Source: Psammoneis japonica (lineage: Eukaryota). Taken from it: 64,000 nucleotides of DNA. Shown here in pieces: positions 36,336 through 48,720 of this stretch. Within the stretch, counting starts at the first letter, position 1. Each line of letters opens with the position of its first letter. The stretch is from assembly GCA_008632985.1 (NCBI GenBank), contig QPGO01000254.1:1-64000 (forward strand). Direction: 5' to 3'. The notes under the pieces were generated by a model. It worked only from the letters and a program-made list of their open reading frames with translations, did not search any database and was not told where the DNA came from. Made by a program: the position numbers and the translations under genes.

Positions 36336-37835
36336 ATGGCTGCCGCTGTCGCTTTTAATGCAACCCTCACCCGGATTGGGTTCAACGATGCCACCAGGGC
36401 TTGCATTGTGGCGCAAGGGATCACCGATGCTAATTCCTGCCACCAAATCCCGCTGTCCGAGGTCGGAGACATGGTCAAGGGATTCATCAAGGACACTGTT
36501 GATGACCCAGCTACACAGTTCCCACACCTCTTGATCAGGAAGTTCAAGGCATTTTGGGCTTTTCTGGATCACCAAACGACACCTGGACAGCCGAGACAGG
36601 CCCAGGCTTTCAACGACCCTGCCACCACTCGCTGTGCGGAACGTCTGAGTGAATTGTCGAACATCCAGAAGGACGAATTGGACGACGACTCTCCAAGCAC
36701 TACACCTCTGAGTCAGATGCACGATTTCTACAATTGGGGCGAGTTGTTTAGAACCGAGCTTCAGCACCACCGCAACGCAGTTGCGGGCGTCCCATTTTTG
36801 CACATCATTCGCGAGACTTCAGATGTCACCGACGAGGTGCGCAGTGCCACTTGCTCGAACGTCAACGAGGACCTTACAGCCACTGCAATCCATCAGGGGA
36901 ATTCACACAATGCTGACAACAAATGGGTTTGTTGTCTCTTGAAAAAGCTGACCATTGATGGGCCAGGGTGGGCCTTCATCAAACCATCCAACCGCGCAAG
37001 GAATGGGCGCGAGGCTCATCTTGCTCTGAAGAGGCAAGCGGAAGGCTCCGCTGCAACTGCTGCTTGCAAGAATTGCGCACATGCTCAGATTGCCACCGCA
37101 AAATGTGCTCACCAGAAGGCTCACAATGACCTCCTCGACCTGGGAGAGCCGGCGGCAGAGACCAAGAGGGTCTCGGACTTCCTGAAGGGAATCACGGACC
37201 CAAGGTTGGAGACCGGGAAGAGCGTCGTGGACGGCGACGAGGCCAAACTCTCCAGCTTTGAGTTGTGTCAACAGCACATGAAGACACTGGTCAAGAACTC
37301 GAAGAATTGGGCGGCTGAACACCGCCAGATCGCGGCACTAGAATGGGACAATTCCAGGAACAGGAGCCAAGGCCGGGGAAAAGGCAAGGCCAAAGACAAG
37401 CCTCGGATTAGGGCAGGCCACTGTCCCAAGGAAAAATGGGATGACCTTGACCAAGAGGAGAAGGCCAAAGTCAACAAGCTTTGTCAAAAGAAGAAGCGCG
37501 AGAAGAAGCGCCGAGCTGCTGCTCTGAAAACGGAGGAGACCAAAGAACCTTCAAGGAAACTTTCTAAGGTGACGGTCACTGATCCCAAGGACGTTGAAGA
37601 GGATGGAACCCCAAAGGAAAAAGGGGGCGCCGATGCTGAGAATCAGTTCGGGCCGGAGCGCACAAGCCTGCGGCTGCAACTGCTGCTGAAGCCGATAAAA
37701 AGCAATGAAAGATTGCACCGACGAGCAAGGACAGCGACCTTGCAGAAGTTAAAATGGAGTCTCAAACCGATTCTTGTGTCACTGCTTCTGTCGGCACCAA
37801 CAGAAATGCATCTGTGCCTTTCGCCAAATCCTTAA
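36336..37835 (+). pseudogene. gag: Copia gag, hypermutated
   Basis: GVPFLHIIRE, GWAFIK..RNGREAHLALKRQAEG, KRVSDFLKGITDP; one Tyr in 499 aa. Confidence 0.8.
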
Positions 37836-37839
37836 GGCG

Positions 37840-38720
37840 CATTGCTTCGGTCGATGCTGATGCAGGCGACAACTCCTTTTTCAACAAGCTGCTAGACACG
37901 CACGCCGATACTTGCGTTGCAGGATCTAGCTGTGACGCGTTCCAGACGTAGGTGGGAATCCGTGTGACATTGGGCCCGTAGACTTCTACGTGCGAGCTCC
38001 GTAGTAAAATTATACGGGAATAAAAATGTCAATGATCGCCAACAGAAAATGAGGCAATTTTGTGAACGCACAAACTCGCCCATGATTGAAGTAGATCATT
38101 TTTTACTTAGCCAGTTACATTCTTCAGACATTGAAGAATGTAACTGGCGCATTATTGTTTCTATAAACTCGTTATATAAAACGTCTGGGGCTTCGCAAAA
38201 CAGCGAGTCTGGACAATTTTTTTTTTATGTCTCACGTAGAAATCTACGTGCGAAACATACGACGGATGATAAAAATTATTTGTGTCACACGTCAGCACTA
38301 CGAGCTCCCACCTAGAGGGCTGGAACGCGTCCTATGTTCCCTTTTCAGATCCCTCCCATGCTGTCACGGTACGTCCGTATTCAAGCAAATACGACCCCAC
38401 AAGGAACATCCCGATGCAGATGGTTGCCACTGTCTGGGTTGACCCGAGTTCTGGCCAGCCACATCTCCTCATCTTGAGTGAAGCTTTGCACTTTGGGGAC
38501 AGAATGAAACACTCGCTGACATGTCCCAATCAGCTCCGTGCTGACGGCTTGACGGTGAATGATGCACCAAAACAGTTTGACAGCTCCAGCACTCATTCAA
38601 TCACCTTCCCAGACTCCAAGGTCCGGATCCCATCACGACTTAATGGGGTTGTTTCTGCTTTCGAAACAAGCAAACCTGCAGAAGATGATCTTGAAAACTT
38701 GCCTGGAGGCTTGAACTTAC
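37840..38720 (+). pseudogene. Copia aspartic protease region, split by a MITE
   Basis: LDTHADTCVAG before the insertion; EALHFGDRMKHSLTCPNQLR after it. Confidence 0.85.
37934..38331. mobile_element. 398-bp MITE-like insertion
   Basis: Perfect 12-bp TIR GACGCGTTCCAG extended by TAGGTGGGA; flanks CTGT (37930-37933) and CTAT (38332-38335) as a 4-bp TSD with one mismatch; removal restores the protease frame. Confidence 0.85.
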
Positions 38721-38968
38721 CTCGCCCCTTGAGTGGGAGCCAAGCTCCAACAAGTTCGCGCAAAAGGAAAACTCAATCGAGACCACACCTCAAAAGGTGG
38801 CAGTGCTTGGTCATTCCCCAGGGCAGAGCCCAACAAGGGAATGCAGGGACAACAATGTGGTGCGTTGCATCGCATCCATCAGATCCCACAATCAAGCTTT
38901 CAACAGCGACACCGCAGCAACCGGGGGTGATGACCTTGAACTCCACAAGGCTCTTGTTTCTGAGGTGA

Positions 38969-40105
38969 GTGCATCGCACCTTGATGCAAAAGGAGATGGA
39001 TTGCGAGGAGAGACTGCGCGTCTGCGCACTCTCCACAACTGAGAGCAGGGGTGCTCTCACCCCTGAGATTCTGTCCAGAAGATGGGGCACTGGTCTCACT
39101 GCCTCCAAGAATGCTCCAAAGGTTGCTGCCCAAGCCTGTGTGCCTTTGGAAAGGAAGGTGCGGAAGAAGGCGCCCTGGCTCAAGTTCCCGAGCATCAAGG
39201 ACAGGTTCCACACGGACCAAATGTTCTCAACTGTGAAATCCATTCATGGGGACGTGGGTGGTTCCACATTTGCAAATGGTTGTGGGCACGACTGCTTTCA
39301 TCCATGGAAATCAAAGGGAGAACACCCCAATGCAACTGTGTCGTTTGTGCACGACGTGGGCATTCCGACGGAAATCATGTCAGACGGGGCTCCCGAGCTC
39401 ACTGATGGACGCACAAAGGAAATTTGCAAGGAGTGCCGAATCAAACAAGGGGTTGCTGTCCCTTGCAGTCCATGGCAGAACTTGGCCGAAGCCTCTGTTC
39501 GTGAGCCAAAGAAGAAAGTGCGGATTGTGACAAGGCATGCGAACGCACCAAAACGCTGCTGGTCCTGCTGCGCCAAGTGGGCCGTGGCCATCAGGAGGCT
39601 CACAGCCTCTGAGCATCCGGAAATGGATGGGAAAGTCCCCAAAGAGGACATTTTGGGTTCAACGCCAGATGTCTCAGCTCATGCCCTCTTTGACTGGCAC
39701 CAGCCGGTGTGCTTTATGATGCCTCAGGCAAAGTTTCCCTTTGAAAGGAAGTGCATCGGGCGCTGGTTGGGTGTTGCAGAAAACTGCACAGACGACATGG
39801 CATTTGCAGTCCTGCCTGAATCAGGTGCACCTGTCATTCGGAAGGATGTGTTGGCTCTGCCTGAGGATGACCTGAAGACCGACGCGATTCAGCAAGAGAT
39901 TGAGCAACTCGATGCCAGTCTGGAACTTAGGCCAGGGGATGGTGAGGAAGGGAATGACAAGTTCCCACAACCACCCAAGGACCTATTTGGTGAGGAAGAC
40001 GCCAATGCAGAGCCGTTTGAAGAAGATGCAACTCATCCAGAAGCAGATGAGTTCACGCCAGAGGCAATGGATGAGCACCCAATGGCAGAACTCAGACTCC
40101 CATGA
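38969..40105 (+). pseudogene. Copia integrase, hypermutated
   Basis: FHTDQMFS, VGIPTEIMSDGAPE, PCSPWQNLAE, GRWLGVAE; no Tyr in 378 aa. Confidence 0.9.
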
Positions 40106-40588
40106 GGTGGTGAGCTGCAACACGTGAAAGCCATTGCTGGGAAGCATGATGCGGACAAGAATCCGACAGGGAAGCGGCACGAAAAGCCTGTCCTTGATTT
40201 GCAGCTTTACAAGGTAGAGTTCCCGGATGGATCTGCCAATGCATTCACGGCTAATTTGATTGCCAAGAACATCTGCTCCCAGGTTGATGGAGAAGGGCAA
40301 TCTCACCAAATCATCAAAGAGATCGCAGGTCACTGAAGTGATGCACGCGCAGTGCACAGGGATGACGGTTTCTTTGTCACAAAGAGCGGCACGCGCAGAC
40401 CCCGCTGAACAACGATCGGTTGGGACCTGCAATTTGAGTGGAAAGATGGAAGCTCTAGTTGGCTCCCTTTGACGGAAGCCAAGGAGTCCTTCCCTGTCCA
40501 AGTCGCAGAATGCGCTGTCACGAACAAGACAGCCAGCAAGCCAGCATTTAACTGGTGGGTTTGAGACACACTGCGTCATCGAGCCAGG

Positions 40589-41588
40589 ATGGTCATGAAG
40601 GTTAAGACCAGGTGCTGGAAACGCACTCACAAATTTGGTGTCGAATTGCCGAAATCCGCAGAGCAAGCCTTGACACTGGACGAACAGTCTGGGCTCGACC
40701 TGTGGGGAAAGGCAATTGAGAAGGAAATGCGCAATGTAATGCCAGCCTTCGAATTTGTCGATGATGACCAGATGCCGGTCGGATGCAAGGAAATCAAATG
40801 CCACATGGTGTTTGACATCAAGTCAGACTTGACTGGAAAGGCGCGACACGTGGCCGGAGGCCACATGACCAACCCACCAAAGGAATCAACTCACTCTAGT
40901 GTGGTTTCATGCAATGGCGTGAGGATGGCTCTTACGATGGCAGCTCTGAATGACTTGGAAGTCATGTGTGCCGACATTCAGAATGCTCATCTGAATGCAC
41001 CAACAAAGGAGCACTGTCACACGATTGCTGGCCTGGAATTTGGCAAGCAGAATGTCGGTCGACCCGTTAAAATTGTCAGGGCTCTGCATGGACTAAAGAG
41101 TTCTGGCTCTGCTTTTAGGGAACATGTGGCAGCGGTGCCAAGGCCAGCAGGTTTCACTTCTAGCAAGGGCAACCCCGACGCATGGATGCGCAAGAATGCT
41201 AAGCCGGATGGCTTCAAGCGCTGGGAATGTGTGCTTGCACATGTAGACAACTTGCCAGTTGTCTCGCACGAGCCCCAGAAGTTCATGGATTACATGGCTT
41301 TGAGATGTGTGCTAAAAGAGGGAAGCGTCAAGGAACCGGAAGAGCACCTTGGTGCCAAGGTGAAGAAGTTCCAACCATCTGACTCGGACGGCAAGACGCG
41401 TTGGGCCCTTTCATCTGATTTGCATGTCAAGCGGGCCATTGCTGACGTTGAGTTTGAACTCAGCCGTGCAGGCCGGGGACTCAAGAAAAGAGTCACCATG
41501 CCATTGAGCTTGGGGTGCCGCCCTGAGCTTGATGCCATGCCTGAGCTGGACGCCCGGAGGGCGACTTGCTTCCAGGGACTCATTGGTG
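40589..41588 (+). pseudogene. Copia reverse transcriptase (5' part), hypermutated
   Basis: CHMVFDIK, KARHVAGGH, ADIQNAHLNAP, RALHGLKSSG, HVDN in place of YVDD, EHLGA. Confidence 0.92.
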
Positions 41589-42033
41589 CATCAGAGCGCG
41601 AAATGTGGTGATCCTGACCACCCTTCTCATGGGTAATTTTTAACACTGTCACAGGTGTAAACACAACACTTTCACATTGAGTGAGTTGTGTAGAACGTGA
41701 TTTTTTGTTGCATGTCACAGCACAACATTTTTCACCATGGGACCCCTCCTTTGCCCATGGGACCCCTCCCCCAACTGTCAGAATTCCGTCACTTTTTACC
41801 TTTTGAAAGCGATGTTCAAAACGTTTTGTTCAACAACAAATTAATGCCAATCATTGCGTTTTGTTGGTTTAAAGAACCTTCCATTGCATGCACTGGTTGT
41901 CAAATGAAAGGTTAGATCATAAAACAATGATCCCCGGGGCACTTTGTCAAACCTCACAACTGTCGACATTGAAACCCACCACATTGCTTGTCCTCTTTCC
42001 ATTGTCACACTAACAAAAGCCTCCGCTGCCTTT

Positions 42034-43281
42034 TCATGCCGCAGCTCGCTCAGCATCTGCATCTACATTCGCATCGCTTTCCGCATCACTGTCCTCCTCC
42101 CCTTCCTCGCTGTCCTTGTCTCCTCTGTTCTCGTCCATCACCTCTTCCTCCTTCTCCTCGTCATCACTTGAAAGCTCCATCGTTGCCTGTGTTCTTGCCT
42201 CCTCCACCTGCTTTTTCTTTCTTTTCGATCCCTTGCCTCTTTCATCACTCTTCCTTTTCTTGCCTTTGCTGTGCCATGTGTTGAACTGCATGCCCTCCTC
42301 ACTCAACCTGTCTTTCTTTACTGCCGCAAGCAGTTCGTTGAATCGCTTGATCCCTGCATCCTTCCACTGGTCTCGTTGCCTTGACGGGTCCGTGCAGTTG
42401 GGTGTTGGTTCCGACTCTTCCTCATCTTCTTCATCCGAACCTCCCCCTGCTGCAACAGTCTTGTCATGACGTGCCTTGTGCTCCCAACTCTTCCAGCAGT
42501 TTTCCAATGTCAACAGCGCCAGAGCCTCATTGCTTGCTGCAGCCAGACCGGTTGCCTTTGTCTCACCCGACTCTACCTTCCTTCTCCATGTGGTGGTGCT
42601 CTTTGTGAATTTCAGGATGTTTTCGTAGAACCAAGCACATGCTTCCTTGTTCTTGCGCTTGTCCTCCACAATCGTTGTCACTGTTTCCTCCCCCCAAGTC
42701 GCCAGGAACGGCTCTTCCTCTTCCGTGCAATCGTTCTTCTTCCTCTTCTTGCTCTTCTTCCCACCTCTGCCCTTTGCTGCCGGCTTCTTCTGACTGCGCA
42801 TCTCCTCTGCTTCATTCTCTGTCAACACGACTTCAGCAAATGAAGGTGCAGCCGTGTCAAGTGCAGCTGCACTCAACATGCCGTGCACCACAAAACACTC
42901 ACCAGCCGCTGCATTGTTCTTGATCGCCTGAGTGACTGTGCTCCTTTTCGCGTTAATTGCGCGCATGACGCACTTCTTTGCCCAGTCTTCCCATGTTCCC
43001 GCCCAGTCTCGCTTGCTGTAATTTCCTCCGGCCATCTTTTTCCTGATGAGCCGCGACACTTTGCCACTGCTTGCCATGTCCGCCTTGACAAGGAATTTTG
43101 CCTTTGGGAAAAGTTCCTTCCGCGCCACCTCTTCAACCTCTCTCTTTATAGACTGGTGATCCCCAGTGGCTCCCACCCGCACCAACGCTGCGGCTGGCCT
43201 TGGGCTTGTTGGTTGATCTCCAGCCACCCCCGCAGTTTCTTTCTTCCTCTTCCGCACCATTGCCTGTGCCACTGTTGCCAA
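42034..43281 (-). CDS. Transposon-borne hypothetical protein (acidic tail, EALALLTLENCW, GIKRFNEL)
   Basis: 415-aa open frame inside the element, likely mutated. Confidence 0.5.
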   Translation of the reverse strand: MATVAQAMVRKRKKETAGVAGDQPTSPRPAAALVRVGATGDHQSIKREVEEVARKELFPKAKFLVKADMASSGKVSRLIRKKMAGGNYSKRDWAGTWEDWAKKCVMRAINAKRSTVTQAIKNNAAAGECFVVHGMLSAAALDTAAPSFAEVVLTENEAEEMRSQKKPAAKGRGGKKSKKRKKNDCTEEEEPFLATWGEETVTTIVEDKRKNKEACAWFYENILKFTKSTTTWRRKVESGETKATGLAAASNEALALLTLENCWKSWEHKARHDKTVAAGGGSDEEDEEESEPTPNCTDPSRQRDQWKDAGIKRFNELLAAVKKDRLSEEGMQFNTWHSKGKKRKSDERGKGSKRKKKQVEEARTQATMELSSDDEEKEEEVMDENRGDKDSEEGEEDSDAESDANVDADAERAAA

Positions 43282-43711
43282 TTGTGGTTGTCTCCATGCC
43301 TTGTGTCCCCAGTTGTTTTTGTCGTTGGGAAATTTTCAAACCTCTCTTTAATGCCAACAATCTTGTGGTTGCCACCAATGATTCCTTTTTCTCAAATGCA
43401 ACATGGTTGAGAATTGACCAAATCTTTTAATGTGCATGTAATTCGTCCATTTTGCCACTCCTCATTGTCTCATGAAAATTTTGAATCATTGCAAATTCCA
43501 GTTCAAACCTCTCTTTTGCTGCAATTTTGAAATCCACTTTCACAGTGTAAATTGCTTTCAAAAGCATTTTCTTCAAAACATCATTGTAAAATGTGCACCT
43601 GTGAAAGTTGTTTTTGCTGCAATGAACACACCCCTCACCTGCTTTAATGTTGTTCCGGTTCGCTGTTGGGGCCTGAGCACATCCATCCTTTTTGGTGCCA
43701 AATCGTTTTTT

Positions 43712-44920
43712 CTAGTCCAACTCATCATCACCCTCTAACTTGGTGACTCTCGACCTGATGCATCGCCCGATGTCGGAACAGTCAGTCATGTGGGTGAAAG
43801 CCCTCGTCTCCGCTCCGACCATTCTCACGAATTCATTAACTTCAACACGATGACGTCTCTCCACCCAACGCCTTTCCTTTCTCCTGCTTTGAAATTTCTC
43901 CCGCTCACCATCCTCCTTCCGGATGATGTCCAGCATCCATTCATTGACTGTCCCTGGAGATGACCTGAAGAACTCCATTTGCTCACAGAACCAAAGTCTT
44001 TCATGGTTGTCTTGCACGATGTCACGCTGGAACCACTTTGCCAGTTTTAATGCATCGCAAACAATTCCCTTCTTGTCCATTGCAAGTCCGCATGTGCCTC
44101 CCCTTGCCGATGTTTCTCCCAATGGTCCGCAAGTGCCTGTCTCGTCCATGCCACAGGTCGGCATGCTGACGCTTGAATTCCATCTCAATCTCGAAACGTC
44201 TCCCCTGTCAATGACTGGTTTTGTGTCATCACACGCACCCGCTGCAAATTCATCCCACAGCTCTTTCTCTCCTTCATTGTGCAGAGCACTGCAGACACAG
44301 CACATCCTTCCTTGCCTGTCTTGGTGAGTCGCGACGCAGTCCCAATGCTCCTGGTGATGGTGAGCATTGGTCCCACGGTTGATGATGCCATTCAACCAGC
44401 TCAGGTTGTCATGAATTGAGATCATGCCTGTGCTGGCGTGCATGCACTCAATTGCTTCTGTGCTCCAATCACCCACATGTTCGTACACCCAAACCATGTG
44501 GTTGTGCCTCTGCTTCCACAGTTCCTGCCACCTCCCTTCGATGTCGTCCTCATTCATCATGCGACACAGGTCCATCGCATCACAGCACAGGTGCGGGTTA
44601 ACCGCATGTGTGCCGCTCTCAAACTCGATCAAAGCCACACCCGTGTCATCAGAATGCACCATCCCACCTTGTGGTGAACTTTGCATCAAACGATCCAATT
44701 CATCAAAAGCCGCCTTGTGCTCCGATTCCATGATTTGTCGCCTTCCATCTGCCGTCATGATTGTCAAACTTTCAAATCTCCTCCAGCAGTCGTTTGGCCA
44801 ATGAGCCGCCAAGCGGTCATTTTGTACAACAGCACTCATTGTTTTGATTGCAATGTTTGTGTCTGTTGCTGCAGCAGGTGTGGGTGCACCCCTCCCAGAC
44901 TTCTTGCTGTGAAGCATCAC
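43712..44920 (-). CDS. Transposon-borne hypothetical protein
   Basis: 402-aa open frame inside the element, Cys/His enriched. Confidence 0.4.
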   Translation of the reverse strand: MMLHSKKSGRGAPTPAAATDTNIAIKTMSAVVQNDRLAAHWPNDCWRRFESLTIMTADGRRQIMESEHKAAFDELDRLMQSSPQGGMVHSDDTGVALIEFESGTHAVNPHLCCDAMDLCRMMNEDDIEGRWQELWKQRHNHMVWVYEHVGDWSTEAIECMHASTGMISIHDNLSWLNGIINRGTNAHHHQEHWDCVATHQDRQGRMCCVCSALHNEGEKELWDEFAAGACDDTKPVIDRGDVSRLRWNSSVSMPTCGMDETGTCGPLGETSARGGTCGLAMDKKGIVCDALKLAKWFQRDIVQDNHERLWFCEQMEFFRSSPGTVNEWMLDIIRKEDGEREKFQSRRKERRWVERRHRVEVNEFVRMVGAETRAFTHMTDCSDIGRCIRSRVTKLEGDDELD

Positions 44921-45204
44921 GGCTTGTCACGTCACAACTTGTTTTCTCCTGTCCGTAGAAAAACAACCTTTGCAATCAGTCACTCATGCTCAAAGTTGTC
45001 AATGATCGCAACGCATTTGATTCATTCTCACCTGTCAATGTTTTCATTGATGGGAAGAACACAATGCACCCATGTTTTTGTGCCAATTCGTGTCGTGTTT
45101 TCCTTCCTTGCCGCCCAAACTGTTTCACTTTTCATGAACTGAACCGGTGCTGCCATTCGAACACACATGTGTTTGGGCAGCCCACAAACCTGCTGAAATG
45201 ACAA

Positions 45205-48200
45205 ATGGAAGGAAATGGTGGTTGGCAGGGTGGGGATGGTGTGGTGGCATGTCCCCGTTGCAAACGATCCTTCAAACGGATGCTCACCCATTTCCATCAT
45301 GACCCGCTGTGTTTTTCATTTGCTCAAGAGATGTCCAACTTGTCACGTCGCAATGCAGTCACAAACTGCCCAATGCCAGAGTTGTCAGCAAGGGTTGCGG
45401 CTAAAACTTCCAATGTCAGCAACAAATTCTCTCGCAGACGTGGGTTGGTTGATCTCGACATTTCCTCCTCATCAGATGACTCGTCACAGCCACGGCTGAG
45501 GCGGTCCAGACGAGGTGCATCCGCAGCGAACATTGGGCTTGGGTCCACTGACAACGAAAATGACAGAAGCGATGAACCATGGTCACCACCGTTTGATGAT
45601 GACATTTCCACTCGCGGGTTGCAATCCCATCACGAGGAAATTCATTGCATGTCCCTGGACTTGTCTTCTGAAGCAAGCTTGTCACCAGATGACTTGTTTG
45701 ATGCGTTGCCAGATGTCACAATGGAGGGCTCCGAAGTTGCAAATCCTGACAAATCAAACATCTCAGACGAAGATGATTTGCAGAGTGAAGATGGCCGATT
45801 GGGCAAGGTGCACCGCAGCCCAGCTGAAGACGCATTTGCGCACGTGCCATCTCTTGGCAACCTCAACGGTGCTTGTGCAGAGCTGTGCAAGCTCTTAGAC
45901 GACTGCAGAGCACCGCTTCACCTGTGCGACAAGATCGCCGAGTTCATTGAAAGACACTGTGGCAGCACCTTCCATCTTGGAACGCAAATCCCTCGCCGGA
46001 CCAAACCAATGGAGAACCTGCGCAAATCTTTTGCAGGTCCGGAATGCAAGATGATTCCAGTCAACCTAGAAAGCATCAATGGGGAACGCGGTGAGACAAC
46101 AGCAAGAGTTCCGCGATGGAATTTCAAAGATGTGTGGGAATCGTTCATGCTGGATGCTTGCACATGGGCCAACCCCAGCAATCTCGCCAACACTGCCCAT
46201 CCACACGGAATGTTTGTCTCAAAGGGAAAGCACGACAAGTGTGTTTTGGCAGGACAGTGGTGCAGAAGTGCACGCGCAGCCAGGGTCTCGGATCCTCTTA
46301 AAGAGTTCCTCAGATGTTTGACAATTTAAGTTGACAAGACTGGGAAGACAGCCTCCATGTCATCTTCCTGCGGAGAACCCGTCACAGTTACGTTGGCTCA
46401 TGTTGCCTGCAACCAATGGCATGACAGAGCGAAGTGGCGTGTCCTTGGTTACATTCCCGACCTGGAAAAAATGTCCTCCTCCGCCGCCAAACAGCAATCT
46501 AACGCTCGAAAGTCGGAGAAGGGCCAAAGCATCCGGGATTGTCACAAGGTGTTGGCAACAATGCTCCAGCCTCTGCTGGACACAATGGAAAACGGTGGCT
46601 TTCGCTGCTGTGTTCGACGCGGTGATGAGATGCGTTTCCTTCATGTCATTCCAACAATGATCCTAATCAACGGAGATGCGAAGAGTGGTGACTGCCTTGT
46701 GGGTGGGTGTGGTGCCAAGAACTGTCACCAACGTTGTTCCAGGTTTTGCATGACCGGATACAATGAGCTTGACGACCCTTGGAAGGAGTGCGAACTCGTC
46801 AGGGCTGGTGACATTTTGTCAGTCCAGAACCACGCAAATGATCTCAGTCTTGACAAGCAAGAAAGGAGCCACTGGCTGCAGCAGCTTCATTGCATGAAGC
46901 AGCACAATGTGCCCACCAACAGCTTGCTCAATGCAGATTTCGGAGAACAGCCGTTCGGAGCAACCCTTTCCACGGCAAGTGACATGATGCACCTGTTTGA
47001 AAATGGAACTTTAAAAAGGGAGGTTGGTGTGTTTGTCAACAGCATGACAAACTCAGTGAGAAGCGAGGTCGACAGATTGGTGGAAAAAATGTTTGGCAAT
47101 CACCGATCCACATGCAATTCTTTCTTGTGAACCAATTTCAAGGGCGGGGCCACATCACTCACCTGCCTCAACTCACATCATTGGGCGGGGATGGCCTTTG
47201 TTTTTCATTTGTTGCTGCTGACAAAGGAAGGCAGAGATGTCTGCGAATCTTGTTTTCTCCAGGAAGACCAAGACAATCCTCCATTGCGGTCAGGGCATGG
47301 GACACCCAGGTTCCGAATCAATCGCTGTCACATGCCGGAAGAGCACGACAATGGCAACGATCATCATTCCAACAACAGAACAGATGATCCATGCGAAACG
47401 GATGCCGACAATTGTGTGGAACACCAACCGGACGAGTCCGAGGATGAAGGCAACAGCCACAATCAACGGAAAAGGAAAAAAAAGAGAAAGCCCCTCAGTT
47501 GCAGTGTCAGGCAATGCGTCCAGTTGCTGGAAGACCTGCTTGCCTTCCATGCTTGGTGTCGACTTGGCGACCCACCGACCGACACAACTGACCTGACCAA
47601 AATCACAAAGAAAACTTGGTTGCTGGTGTCTCGCATTGTACATTGCTCCCCTGGACACGAAGGGGCTGGGTGGAAGCTGCAAAAACTTCACGAGCTTCTT
47701 CACCTTCCAATCTTTCTACATCATTTCCGTCATGCAATGAACTTTGACGCTGGTCTTGGAGAATCTTTGCTTGGGGATTTTTTCAAATTGCCATCTGCCA
47801 CGGCACAACAACGCAGCTTTGACATCTTCCTGGGTCAGGTTGCGTCACGCATGCAAGACCAAATGACAGTGCACCGTGCGTTGTCGGCCAACCCATGGAT
47901 CACATCGAGAGTTGGAGGAAAGGACGTGACACGTGGCAATGACAGTCACACACTGGGTGGTGGTGCCTTTTCCATCACCCACAGTGCGACAAACCATGCA
48001 GTGAGCTTTCTCTGGCACGGAAAGCAAAAACAATGTCAGGTTCACCCGGTCCTGCTCCATTTCTTTCAAAAGAAGTGGAGGGATTGCGTTGGAGCAGGAG
48101 GTGGTCTCACCGTCAACCTTGTTTGCAAAACCGAATTCTGCCACAAGAACGGGAAAGACACTTGCCGCACACACCCAGACTGCAACAGCGAAGGACCGGT

Positions 48201-48603
48201 TCACGACTGGGCGAATGTCAACTTTGGCACAACTGGGGGGGAATTGTGCTTCCCGTCAAGACTTCACTGTTTCTTCCAAAGGGAAAGTGACGGTGACTTG
48301 TGTGCGGTCGTTCACCCTTGCACGCACCAGCCTGACAAGCGTGCCATGGTTGAACGAATGCAACACACCGACCTGGTTAGTTGCTGGCAATTGGACCAAG
48401 TGAAGAACAACAACTTGTCCACTGCTGAACAAACAGTGCACTCACCCAAGCTTTTCTTGGTGCCCATCGACGCTGTTGGCGACAAATTGTTGGTGCATGA
48501 GGAGCAACCCGGCATTGCTGAGACACACGACAGGACAAAGCATGTTTGGGCAGTTCAAGACCGTAGAAATGCATGGGGAGAGCTGTCTCACAAAAGCAGG
48601 TGA
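45205..48603 (+). pseudogene. Plavaka-like transposase, broken by a stop (46327) and a frameshift (about 47130)
   Basis: N-terminal CPRC..H zinc finger, VDKTG..EPV, WRVLGYIPDL, INGDAKSGD, SDMMHLFENG, WKLQKLHELLHL, NFDAGLGE, HPD...GPVHDWANV. Confidence 0.75.
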
Positions 48604-48720
48604 AAAGCATGTGAGCATCCGACAACAGCAGCAGAAAACTTAATCGGGACGACAAGGACATCAACAGAGACAACGTTCACTCACCCACTTTAACAATCTA
48701 CTCAGAAATCCGACTGGGAA

